This document shows positions 51,721-64,000 of a DNA stretch of 64,000 nucleotides, piece by piece. The DNA lies in assembly GCF_006345805.1 (NCBI RefSeq), contig NC_043011.1, positions 27,540,464 through 27,604,463 on the forward strand, read 5' to 3'. The translations under genes and the position numbers were made by a program. The notes below the pieces were generated by a model. That model made no database searches, was not told the origin of the DNA, and was given only the letters and a program-made list of their open reading frames with translations. The first letter of the stretch is position 1; each line of letters opens with the position of its first letter. Source of the stretch: Octopus sinensis (taxonomy: Eukaryota).

Positions 51721-53027
51721 CACCTATATGAATTTCTCGACGGCAGAAAATGTTACACATTGTATAAATTCAGTAAACTGAGACTATAACAGTGGCTGTA
51801 TAACTCCCTAATAAGCGCAACCCAAATTGTTGCCGCCAATGTTGTTTTCTTTAATCGTTCAACAATTCAGAGAAGTACCATATAAACGTTTCGTAAAGGA
51901 CAGCATTGGGTGTAATGATTTAAACAAATATGAGCCGAGTCAAAAGAGACAATAACAGGTATATCATATACAAAGTAACATAAATTCTTGGTTTATTAGA
52001 AATCATCCTCGCCTCTTGAAGATGTATCGTAATTACCAAACGTCTTTAGGACCAGCTGCACTTGAGAAGTAGAGAAAATCTCAAAAATTAAGTATTTCTT
52101 CAAAGTTGACATGCAATTAAAGAAAGGACCGGCTCATTGCCTGGAGATAGGACTATTGTGGATATGTGTTTCTGACTCAATAACTGTCATCAGCAGGACA
52201 TTCCTCCGACCTTAGACTTATGCAAAAAAAAATAGATCACATCTGTGGCCTACGTAATAAGTTATGCCACTGGTCACTCTGAGTTATTTATCTTATTCCA
52301 TACTTGTTCTATGCAACTCGTCTGGTCTATGAATGTATTCTGCTCTTGTTTTATATAAGTCCCTTGGCTACTGAAGGTCGATGATTATCCTCTTACCTCC
52401 AGACAATGAGCCTGTCATTTTCCTTAAAGTTATGTGAACTTTGGAGAATGCTTCAGTCATGAAATTATCTCCTCTCATGATCTGAAGCTGTTCTTAATTG
52501 CCATTTGGTAATTACGATAAATCCTCTAGAGATGGAGATAATTTCAATGCATCAAAAATTCATGTTGTATGGTATTTCATAAGGGCAGACACCTTCTTAA
52601 GCTATGCCGACAATATTAAGGTGACAAAAGCATCACCACCACCACCACTACAACCATCATATGCTACACGTTATATACAAAAGCTGCAGAATCAGCAGTG
52701 AACACTTCAGGTATCAAAAGCCTCATCGGTAGGACATGTGCGGACGCTACTTAATTTCTCTGGTCTACGAAGATGATTAATCACTGGACAGAATATATAG
52801 AATTTTTTGTTGTTGCCTTTGTTTTTTCTGACTTTGGTTGCGAGTGTTTGTTGAGGAAAGAGGAAACCGTCTCCTACATCTGTAAACTTGCATAAATAAT
52901 TCATTTTAATTAAATCTCCTTGCGTCAATTTCATTACTTTCCCATTTTGTAAATATTTAATTACTAATAAAATTAAGTTTCAAGTCAGAAAATAATAAGT
53001 ACGAAAAAAAATTAACGTCCAGCTGTT

Positions 53028-53079
<52 letters not shown>

Positions 53080-53088
53080 GTGATGATT

Positions 53089-53135
<47 letters not shown>

Positions 53136-53229
53136 GGTGATGATGATTTCATTTTTTGTCACAAGAGTGAAGAACGAGGGGGACAATACAGAGAGAGACG
53201 TAATGTATGGGAGGTTACATATAATAATG

Positions 53230-54260
53230 AAATGATAAAAATAAATAAAATAAATAACAGTATACACGGTATACACTGGAAAAGATGAGACATGTGCATA
53301 GCATACAAAGGTAAAAGAATGTGTGGAGGATGATAGAGATGTGGCCCTCCTGATACAGCAACACCTCTAGGGAGCCCCACTGTCCGAGATTACCCTGAAA
53401 TCCCATGAGCAAGTGCCTTCTTTAGTTCATTCTTTCTGACTCACGTGTCTACACTTAGAGAGGTAGCATCTACTTTTGCCATTTTCGCAACTTTCACCCA
53501 CCTTTCAATAAACTCACTCGAGGACAGCAGTTCCCTCACCGCTGTCAATTTCCTTTTTAAGTAAAACTTGAAAAAGTTAATAAGAGCTCTACCAAAGAGG
53601 AGTGTGTATCTGTCCTCATGCCTTTCAGCCTTTTCCCCCAAAAAAGCCCTTTCGCCACTGCCACCAGGGAAAGGAAAGCTGCCTTGCCTGCCCGATTGAA
53701 GGAGGGCAGCGGTGCAATCATCACTACACACTCGGCCGACAAACAGATCACTACCACGCGAGACAGCAACTTTTCAACATAACTCCATAAGTCAGAATTG
53801 CCCGGACACTGAACGAGGGCATGCAGAACGGTTTCGTCACACTGCGTGCACCTCGGACAAGTCCGTCTGACAGCACATCCGTGCCTGTAGCTTATCTCGA
53901 CCCGGTAGTGCCCATTCCCCAGTAGCTCTGCAGGTCAAGGACATCTGGAAATTATCCATGATAGTTCCCGACAGAAAAGTCCTCCGGAATAGACGCTCTA
54001 GTTCGTTTTCGTCGGCATCTAGTGTCACACTGAGAATGCCGTTGCACTTCACCACCACTAATAACTATAAATATCTAAAGCGGAATATCCACCGACCCCA
54101 TGTCCCGACTGGTAGAGGTTATCAGCGCCTGACGATTTTCTAGGTGCCAGGCGCCCAGTCTCGGTCTTTTCTTCTCCCAGGATTGCAGCTCCGTCAAGGA
54201 GACGAGCCTCACAAATGGAGCCCACACACGCTCACCGTCCAGAAAGGTGGGCGTAATAAT
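53230..54260 (-). mobile_element. Tx1/L1-like LINE 3' end (zinc-knuckle region and 3' UTR)
   Basis: GEWALPGRDKL, then LINFFKFYLKRKL...LSSSEF..RWV.VAKMA, characteristic of the Tx1-like ORF2 C-terminus. Confidence 0.65.
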
Positions 54261-54810
54261 AATAAATAGCTTGTTACAGTACCATACAGTGGCTCGCGTG
54301 GCTTCTGATCTTTACTGATTCGAAGTGTTATTAAGTACATTGTTTTGTCTTAGTATAAAAGATGGGATATAGTAAATATTCTACTCAATACCACAGATTT
54401 GGTTGTCAGTTGTTTGACCTTAACCAGTTGAGCATGTCCCTTGGTAGCTGACGATACGTGTATCACTGATAACGAGCAGAAGTACTTCGGGAGCATCATA
54501 GCCATGTGTTGAGAAAAGTTTTGGGAGGTTTGGATAATTACCTCTGGAAACATTGGTGTTTTGTTCTATATCCTTAAATAATCCTTATTCAGGGACCTTT
54601 CGAGGGATGTGCTATTCGACCTGAAGAAAATTGTAACTGGGCCCCACCTGCAAGATCATGCGCTGTTATGTGATCACCGTGTCGCGCACACATGGTTGTG
54701 ATGGATGTGTCTTTTGTACCCTTATCAGACGGGTAGTCATGATGGGTATACTGGGCTTCGTATATTTTACCCTAGTGTCAATTTGATGGCATGCATTGCT
54801 TTCTCACAAC
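54255..54810 (+). repeat. Unclassified interspersed repeat (SINE-like)
   Basis: Recognised from memory as a common octopus-type repeat; not verifiable within the window. Confidence 0.35.
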
Positions 54811-55025
54811 CAGTGTTCTAGGGTGAATGAAGGATAAGAGATGCTATAGTATGACTGAAAGCTTGGGGAGAGGAAGGGACAGTAGCGAAATAACTTCACG
54901 TAGTTCAACACAGACATTTAAATTGATAGGTTTTCTCTAAGTATGTGGGCATTACTTGTCAGCACAATCTTTTGGATTTCTCTGAGACAAGGTTCTCGTG
55001 GGATATTATCTAGATGTTTTTATTA

Positions 55026-55064
<39 letters not shown>

Positions 55065-55066
55065 TA

Positions 55067-55097
<31 letters not shown>

Positions 55098-55098
55098 G

Positions 55099-55431
55099 TG
55101 AAGGCGCATGGCTCAGTGGTTAGAGCGTCGAGCTTACGATCGTGAGGTTGTGAGCTCGAATCCCGGACCGGGCTGCGTGTTGTGTTCTCGAGCAAAACAC
55201 TTTATTTCACGTTGCTCCAGTTCACTCAGCTGTAGAAATGAGTTGCGACGTCACTGGTTACAAGCTGTATCGAGCTTTGTCTTTCCCTTGGATAACACTG
55301 GTGGCGTGGAGAGGGGAGGCTGGTATGCATGGGCGACTGCTGGTCTTCCATAAACAACCTTGCCCGGACTTGTGTCTAGGAGGGTAACTTTCTAGGTGCA
55401 ATCCCATGGTCATTCATGACCGAAGGGGGTC

Positions 55432-55433
<2 letters not shown>
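55099..55433 (+). mobile_element. SINE family C embedded in (TTA)n
   Basis: Full-length copy with (TTA)n on both flanks. Confidence 0.9.
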
Positions 55434-55500
<67 letters not shown>

Positions 55501-56077
55501 TCATATGCTCGCTATTTGATGCTGAAGAAATGTAATGACAGTTTAAGTACGATATAAATATTTCTCTCTTTACCTTCACTCTTGACACTGAAGCACTGAT
55601 TAATGCATTTACTTGTCTGTTACTCGTCTCTTTCTGTTTTTTCATATCTTACATAGTGATAAATAATATCTAAATTCAAGTCCCACTGGAACCGAACTTT
55701 TAACTGCATTTCTCATCATCACAGGAGAAAGCTATATCAGAACAAATTTATGTTTGTAGATCTGTAGCCATATAATTCCTGTTGAATATTATAGGCGTCA
55801 TAAGGATACTTTCTCACTAACGCCCCTAACTACATGACGTAACAAAGTAGTAAATATGTGTAAAGCAATCTCCGATAAGAAACGTTTGCACATAATTCAT
55901 TGAGAACTAAAAAAGCAGGAGCAATTACAAACTACAAGATGCTCAAGTGCGAGCCTATAAAAAATCAACCAACGAGGGAGACACTAAACGACAAAAGGAG
56001 CTTCAGCCTGGGCACTGGATCTACAATAAATAGTATAGTAATCAAATCAATCTCATATACTCTTTTTACACTTTTAC

Positions 56078-56402
56078 ATGTTTCAGTCATTTGACTGTGG
56101 CCATGCTGGAGCACCGCTTTTAGTCGAACAAATCGACCCAGGACTTATTCTTTGTAAGCCTAGTATTTATTCTATCGGTCTCTTTTGCCGAAACGCTAAG
56201 TTACGGGGACGTAAACACACCAGCATTGGTTGTCAAGCGATGTTGGGGGGACAAACACAGACACGCAAGCACCCCACACACACACATATGTATATACACA
56301 TATACACGACGGGTTTCTTTCAGTTTCCGTCTACCAAATCCACTCACAAGGCTTTGGTCGACCCGAGACTATAGTAGAAGACACTTGCCCAAGGGGCCAC
56401 GC
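56078..56402 (-). mobile_element. SINE family D
   Basis: Reverse complement of family D body. Confidence 0.8.
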
Positions 56403-57242
56403 AGAATCGAAAATTTGATTTATAAGGAACGGTATATGGGATTATATAATGACCATGTTATAACGAAATATTAATGTCAGTAAAATTAAATAGTGTAAGG
56501 AAGGAATCGAATCAGTTAACTCCCTTACAAATAAGCCACAATCTGATCATCTTCTATGCTCCACTTTTTAATCTCTCGGACACGCATATTAAAATATTGT
56601 TACTGTTGTTCACCACACCAACCAACAACAGTGTCTTGACTGAGTAGGCGAATGTTTAAGAACAATCAAGCCTTAACCATCAATCTCTTTGACATAATAT
56701 ATCTAGTACTACTTGTCCAATATGTCTGCTATTTTTCTCTAAACAAAGCAAGATCTAATTTGAGGAACGTTTGGCTGTTATTTTTAGCTAAACTGCCGAC
56801 GGCGTGGAGATGCTATCGACAGGATATCGAAAATGGTTTACAAGAATTTTCGAATGCTACAAATATTACGATAACTATCTATATAAATATGTATGTATGT
56901 ATGCATGTATGTATATATGTATGTATGTATGTATGTGTGTATGTATGTATGTATGTATGTACGTCATTATTCAGTTTATTTCAAGATTTCTAGCCAATAG
57001 AGAAAGAACCGGTTTCTAACCTAGATCCAAAGCTCCTTCATTGAAATTTCAACATCAACAACAGGGTATTTTTGTTTCTATGTATTTACATATGTATGTA
57101 CATACATGGTACATATGTATGATGTGAGTTGTAACAAAGAAAAAATAATCCCTAAGCAGCGTGATGATCAAGTATATTCTAACTATGACCATTCTGTTTA
57201 TAATTGAAGATGAGAGTCTTTAGGACAACATTATACAATCAA

Positions 57243-57627
57243 TGGAGGCGCAATGGCCCAGTGGTTAGGGCAGCGGACTCGCAATCGTAGGATCGCGGTT
57301 TCGATTCCCAGACCGGGCGTTGTGAGTGTTTATTGAGCGAGAACACCTAAAAGCTCCACGAGGCTTCGGCAGGGATGGTAGTGATCCCTGCTGTACTCTT
57401 TCACCACAACTTTCTCTCACTCTTACTTCCTGTTTCTGTTGTACCTGTATTTCAAAGGGCCGGCCTTGTCACTCTCAGTGTCACACTGAATATCCCCGAG
57501 AACTACGTTAAGGGTACACGTGTCTGTGGTGTGCTCAGCCCCTTACACGTTAATTTCACGAGCAGGCTGTTCCGTTGATTCGGATCAACCGGAACCCTCG
57601 TCGTCGTAACCGACGGAGTGCTTCCAT
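57243..57627 (+). mobile_element. SINE family B, full length
   Basis: TGGAGGCGCAATGGCCCAGTGG... to ...GACGGAGTGCTTCCA. Confidence 0.9.
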
Positions 57628-58344
57628 CTATCAGTGAACGAAGGTAACACCATCCATTATACAATCAGTGCTTCATTTTTCTAAATAGAATGAGGTGTTA
57701 TCTTCTGGGCGCTTCATTATTATTTCTTGCGAGTTCCGAGACAACGCAGAGTCTACATCTGTCCGACTGGTATATTGAGGTGACGATTAAGATGACTATA
57801 GTATTTGCATGGTTTTAGACTAAAAAGTATTACACATTTTCGCAATTTAAGTGATTTATGGCCAATTCATTTGGGATAAAATGTTAAGAATAATGTGTAT
57901 GATACCGCTGAATGTGTATTTTACATTACAAATCAAGTGATTCCCGTAATTTCACATAACAAATACTATAAATAAAGTTTTGCATTAATAAATAATGATT
58001 TTATTTTTGCCGGAATGATGTTTGGAATAATAAATGTGTGTAAAGAAGAACTATTACTATTATAACTCCCCTGTCGGTTCATACAAGCAGCAATAAATGT
58101 TGAATAATTGATCATGAGCATTAAAGGTTTTAGAGGCTTTTACATATGCAATCATATGTAGTGTGTTTGTGTGTGTATGTATATATGCATGTCTGTATGC
58201 ATGTATGTATGTATGTGTATGTGCGTGTGCGTAAGCACACACGCATATATATGCATATATGTATATTATATATATACATATATATATATATGTATATCTA
58301 TATATATGTATTTGTCTTATATATATGTTATATATTTATATACA

Positions 58345-58415
<71 letters not shown>

Positions 58416-58799
58416 GCATATGTAAATGTATTGACATATACATACACATACATGTATGTGTGTGTGTGCGTGAAAATGTATATGACTTTGTATGCATACA
58501 TACGCATACACCTACATACATATGATATTACTTCTTTGTTAGCTTTTAAAAGTATTTTCGAATAGTACAAATATTACGATAGCTATTTATTGATATATAC
58601 TTGAGTGTGTGTATAACATTTCCATATACTTAATGTATGTATGATATATGTATATATTTACTATATTCGTCACGGATATTCAAATACAACCCAGCATAGT
58701 GTATCAACAAAAAAAATCCATGTCTGGATTGACTCATAGAAAAACAGTGTCGGAGTAACATTTTTAATTGCAGAATTAGGAATTATGGACGGTGTGGTT

Positions 58800-59150
58800 C
58801 AATTTTGCAGGTGCTGCTATAACGCTCAGAGTAATAAACGTAATGTTCTTGTTGAATATTTGGAAGTTAACACATGAAAGAGATGCATGAACACGGAGAG
58901 TATTCTAGTGGGACCTTGGTCTGAGAGTGAAAGATTGGTGTAGCGGTTACTGCGTAACCTCATGGCGGGATATGACACAATAAAAGTGACAACAGGAGTA
59001 GAGTTGAGTAGCTGTAAATGCCTCAGCGACGTAAATGTAGTTCCAAGTAGCTCTGAGGAGGTAGAAAAAAACTGAAACAGGAGGCAGCGCGGCTATGAGC
59101 CAAACCTTGGAGTGTATTAGTAGGTGACCTTACGCCATTCATTTTCAAGG
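58800..59150 (-). mobile_element. Possible CR1-group LINE 3' remnant
   Basis: LQGLAHSRAASCFSFFY resembles the L.SL..RR.V..LSLFY motif; highly decayed. Confidence 0.4.
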
Positions 59151-59681
59151 TTCCTGGATGCAGTTTAAATTTTTTATGTGTATGACACCTTTGTTTAAGA
59201 CAACAAAATAGTATTCTATTATGAGCCCCTCTTGGACTGTGTATAGTATCAATAATTCTAGGGAACTAAAGAAAAGAGCTCTTCAATGAGATGCGGCCTT
59301 AGCTAAGTTGCGCATATGCTTTCTCCAGGAGAGACTCTATCAACAATTGAAGCGATTGCGTAAGCTGGATGAAATAAATTTTATATCACTTTAATCTTAT
59401 CTTCTTTCTTTGTTAGTCTTTCATCACCCTTCATAATTCATGCATAACAGACTTTCTCATTCTCTCTCCCCTTCATATATACATACATACATACATACAT
59501 ACATACATACATACTTATATATATACGTATTGTGAACTCAAATAAACAAATAATTCAAATAAACGGATTAAAAAAGAAAAGCAACGACGTGATGACGTGC
59601 ATAAAAGAATATATATATATCAACACAACCCCACCATTTATTGATCTATATATATATATATAATATATATATACATACATT

Positions 59682-59890
<209 letters not shown>

Positions 59891-59966
59891 ACGTGGATGG
59901 AAATGAATCTTACTTTTGCTTTTTTCCATGGGTGTGTGTAAGTATTTCATTTATTTCTCATCGTAT

Positions 59967-60025
59967 TTTCTACTGAAGAGGGAAAATTCCATAGAATTAA
60001 TCCTGAAATTGATTTAATATAGAAA
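59967..60025 (+). ncRNA. Type I hammerhead ribozyme
   Basis: UUUCUA-CUGAAGA-GGGA(AAUUC-caua-GAAUU)UCCU-GAAA-UUG-auu-UAAU-A^-UAGAAA; AUA cleavage predicted after 60019. Confidence 0.7.
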
Positions 60026-60409
60026 TAACGAACTTTAAAAAAAAAAATTCTGTTAGCTCGATTTCCTCGATTTCAGCACGACGTATATCTATAGTGAATG
60101 GGTATTATAAATGTGGAAATTGACGATTTAAAGTCGGTTCTCAGCATATAGGTATTGAAATAATTTTTCTAATGCCCTTGTTTATAAGTTATGTATATAT
60201 ATATATACATTCGTAGTTACAGTTGTACAAACACCTATTTCACCACACTATCATATAGGTTTACACATATATTTGAAATGCTTTATAAATCATACTGCAA
60301 TTTCTTACAATGTTTGAAGATATATCAAATCTTATAAAATTAGCAATCCGATTAATAGAGAATAATACCAACATATTTTTAAAAGTATAAAGAAAACTAA
60401 AATCTATCT

Positions 60410-60720
<311 letters not shown>

Positions 60721-62442
60721 AAAACCTTCGGATGGAATTGCATGTGTGAAACAAAATACGGCCTTGACTCACATTCTGCGACGTTGATTTTGCCTGAAAA
60801 GTTTAGTAAGGAAACACAAGGAAACACAAAGAAGTTTCTATAAAACTAGTTTTTAAACATCAGATGGTATATGGGGGTCCACCAGAATAAAATAACAAAG
60901 GATCCATAGATAAAAAAAATTGTTGTGAACCCCTGATTTAGACGTTAATTCAGAAGATGTAATTTAGTTGATCAAGCAATTAGTGTTAAGGAAATTAATT
61001 GTATAAAAGATACCTAAACGTGTCTGAATTTATAGACTGGGTTGAATAACTGAGGAATCTTCAATGCTTATGACTTCTACTACTGTGTTCACTTTCTTTC
61101 CTATTTCTCCAACAGATCAATAACTCTGGTCAGTAAAAGTTATAAGAAAACCTCACCAGTACTCTTTATGCAGTGATTGAGTTTGCATTCTACATTATTG
61201 TATAACACATTCTATCTTTTAACTTCAGCCCAACCATTTTTAAAGGTTTCATGGTTTGCGGTGTCGGCCTCGACCCCATTCTTCCCATACCCATAGTGAC
61301 ATATACAGACATGTGCTAATTCAAGAGTCTGTGAAGTTTACCAGATTTGGGTGTTAATTTGCATTGCTATTTATTTTGGGCCTCTGGTATTTTGTTGCTA
61401 TTTCCATTTCAAACATTGCAAAAGGATATCTGTCAAAATGAAAGCTAATATACCAGTTGTTGGTCTAAAATAAACTATTTTGGCTACATGTTATTACTAT
61501 TCTAAAGACTTCTAATAACACTGGCATCCATGTTGCATTCAACAAATGTTTCTCGCTGGAGTAATTGTTTTTTTCATAAAATGATTAGGTTTCGAGAGAC
61601 CATTTATTTTTCACTCTATATTTCTTCTATTCATATAGCCGGAGGGAGAATATATTTTATGTTATTTCATAGCAATTATATAAGTCATTACTGAGCTCAT
61701 ATCTCCAAGAAAAAATATGCTTTTATAGTTTTGGTTTCATCTATAACTACAACTGATAAGATTCAATTTATCTTTTCCGATATTGTTTTTCACCGGTTAT
61801 TTTCTTGTTAATAACGTGTCAAACCATCTTGTTTGTGGTGATTGCCTGCATGTTGAATACCCGCGCATTATTTAATAAGAAACTTATACTATGACTATTA
61901 TCAGAAGAATAAGCAACTAGGTAACAAGCCTGGCAATACTGCAGAGTAACTTTCTCACAAACACTAAGAATAATCTTCCATAATCAACCTGGTTCTATTC
62001 ACTGCTTCAAGAGAATAGATTTTTAGAGAAAAATATACGGATAATGCTCTGGCATTGTCTGTGAGAGAAGAAACTTTGGAGCCTTAAAATCGCTCTGTAT
62101 ATTGCGGCGAAAAGAGTTGTATGACATGCAAGCGTGATAGACGCATTTCATCATTGCTGAGTCTTGGCAATGCTGTGCGCTTCACTGTTACCTGCATAAG
62201 CAAATCTCGGCACACACGTTGAGAGACGCACCTACACACTCTAAGACACACACATGTAATTATGTTGGTGCAACCATTGAGATTTTAATTCAGGAGCAAT
62301 ACGTAATTCAGTCGATCGAGCAATTAAATCAATGTCGTCGAACAACGGAGATCACCACTCTCTCTCTGTCTGTCTATCCGTCCATCTGTCTCTTCCTCTC
62401 CTGCTGGACACATACATGCTTATATGTATACAAATACAAAAA

Positions 62443-63052
62443 TATACAAGGTGTTCGGGCTAAATTTGAAACTCTCCATAAAACGAAAAGAAAATTTAAA
62501 AAAAAAACAATATTCCACTAAGAAATAGAAGTGTTAAAATGAAAAAAGAAACTAATCAACTAGATTGTGGCCGGGAGATAACATTTTGCTCAAAGTAGTC
62601 GCCCTTAGATTCCACCGCAGCCTCAAGACGGCTCGGAAACGGAGCACGTGCGTTACTACCTGTATCCTTAGGAAGATCTTCAGACATCTCCTTGATCTTG
62701 ACTATCAGCGAGGCAGAGCCGTTGGTGTCTTTGTAAACTGCGCCCCACTTATAATAATCCGTAAGATTACAATCAAAATAATTACGAGGCCAAAATGTGA
62801 AACTTGTGAAGTCGTAAAAATTTTCCAACAAGTACTTCTGACTCTTTCTGAAGGTATGACAAGGAAACGTTTCCTGAATTTAATATACTTACATACACAC
62901 AGATATACATACATACTACATACATACATACATACATACATACATACATACATACATACATACATACATACATACATTCATACATTCATACATTCATGCA
63001 TGCATAATCTCACACGCACACACACACACCCTCTCATACAAACACACACCAC

Positions 63053-63084
<32 letters not shown>

Positions 63085-63300
63085 ATACAGCCTTCCAGCA
63101 GCAACCTTCTCCAACCAGGGTTTGATCTAAGTCTTCAACAACTTCAAACAACATTGTGAATTAAGTTTAAGGCCCTGTTCAAAGATGGCTGCATGTATTC
63201 CAGCAATTGTACGCAGTCAGGAAGCCTACTGTGCCACTCCCCGTTGGCCACGGCTTCGCCAATTCCGTCGACACACGCGGGCATATTTTTGTGCGCATAC
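62443..63300 (-). mobile_element. Tc1/mariner-superfamily transposase C-terminal half, split by a microsatellite (62885-63085)
   Basis: FEQGLKLNS..CLKLL...KPWLEKVAAGR, then PCHT.RKSQK.L.ENFYDFTS..FWP.N..DCN..DYY.WGAV..DTN...SRLEA.VE.KGDYFE. Confidence 0.8.
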
Positions 63301-63647
63301 ATTTTAATTCTTATAAATGGTTTTGTATTTTAGACATTAATGAAGGTTTAAAATAGTGTATAAGGTTTAAAATATTGTATTTTAAATTTTAATGAAGTTT
63401 ATATTATGATGTGTTCATATGTATAAATTGTAATGTTTCGAAATCGATACATATGAAATAAATATCCTATCTCTAAAGGTATGGTTAATATTTTGGGATG
63501 TACACAAATACACTTGTCTTTCTTATTCAGTGGGGTAATTCATCAGATGATACTTAAAATATATATTAACGTAGATATGTTATATTTTATTGCATTTATT
63601 ATACATACATACATACTCACGGGCGCACCCCCCTCACACAGCACATG

Positions 63648-63695
<48 letters not shown>

Positions 63696-64000
63696 ATACT
63701 CTGTTATTTACCTGCATACAAAAAAAACAGGAATTTGTGGTTCATATCCCAAAACATATCGTGTTAATGTTAGTCACTATATTAATATATTATCTAATAA
63801 AGTTCACACAAATAAATGACTAAATGCACTGTGACACAAAGAAGGGTAATACATATGTACATTAGAAATAATGGAGCATCATTCTAATGAAAAAAATAGC
63901 TAGCAACCATAGATCTTTATTTGAATATTATTCGTGCGCGATATTTGCACAGAACATCACAAACAACTTAATAAACGCACAGATACAAATATGCACGCAA

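Noticed and set aside
52701-52734. Hammerhead-like remnant on minus strand (CCGAUGA...GAAGU)
   Set aside because: Core mutated and no stem I partner.
57005-57055. Hammerhead-like remnant on minus strand (CAAUGA...GAAACCGGUUC)
   Set aside because: Lacks CUGA; stem I register unclear.

Overview
AT-rich, repeat-saturated animal genomic DNA. The tRNA-derived SINE set and microsatellite load look like an Octopus genome (inference, not checked). No intact host protein-coding gene is recognisable, and most listed ORFs are microsatellite artefacts or decayed transposon frames. The window holds fragments of R4/Dong-like, RTE, Tx1/L1, CR1-like and Penelope-like (GIY-YIG) retroelements, three Tc1/mariner remnants, MITEs and at least five SINE families. 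The main signal is RNA-structural. A ~2.7 kb tandem array (4795-7493, ~570-583 bp unit, no ORF) carries a type I hammerhead ribozyme fold on the minus strand in every unit; four of the five copies have an intact core. This is the architecture of a retrozyme or Penelope pseudo-LTR array that could release ~570-580 nt monomeric or circular RNAs. Six more hammerhead folds from otherwise dissimilar elements are scattered across the window, most with long stem II hairpins and several with a palindromic loop III. Many sit in fold-back structures. Other observations include a templated insertion in an RTE, an inverted mariner 3' end, and a SINE that appears to be a Penelope terminal repeat. All folds were made by eye; activity is untested.
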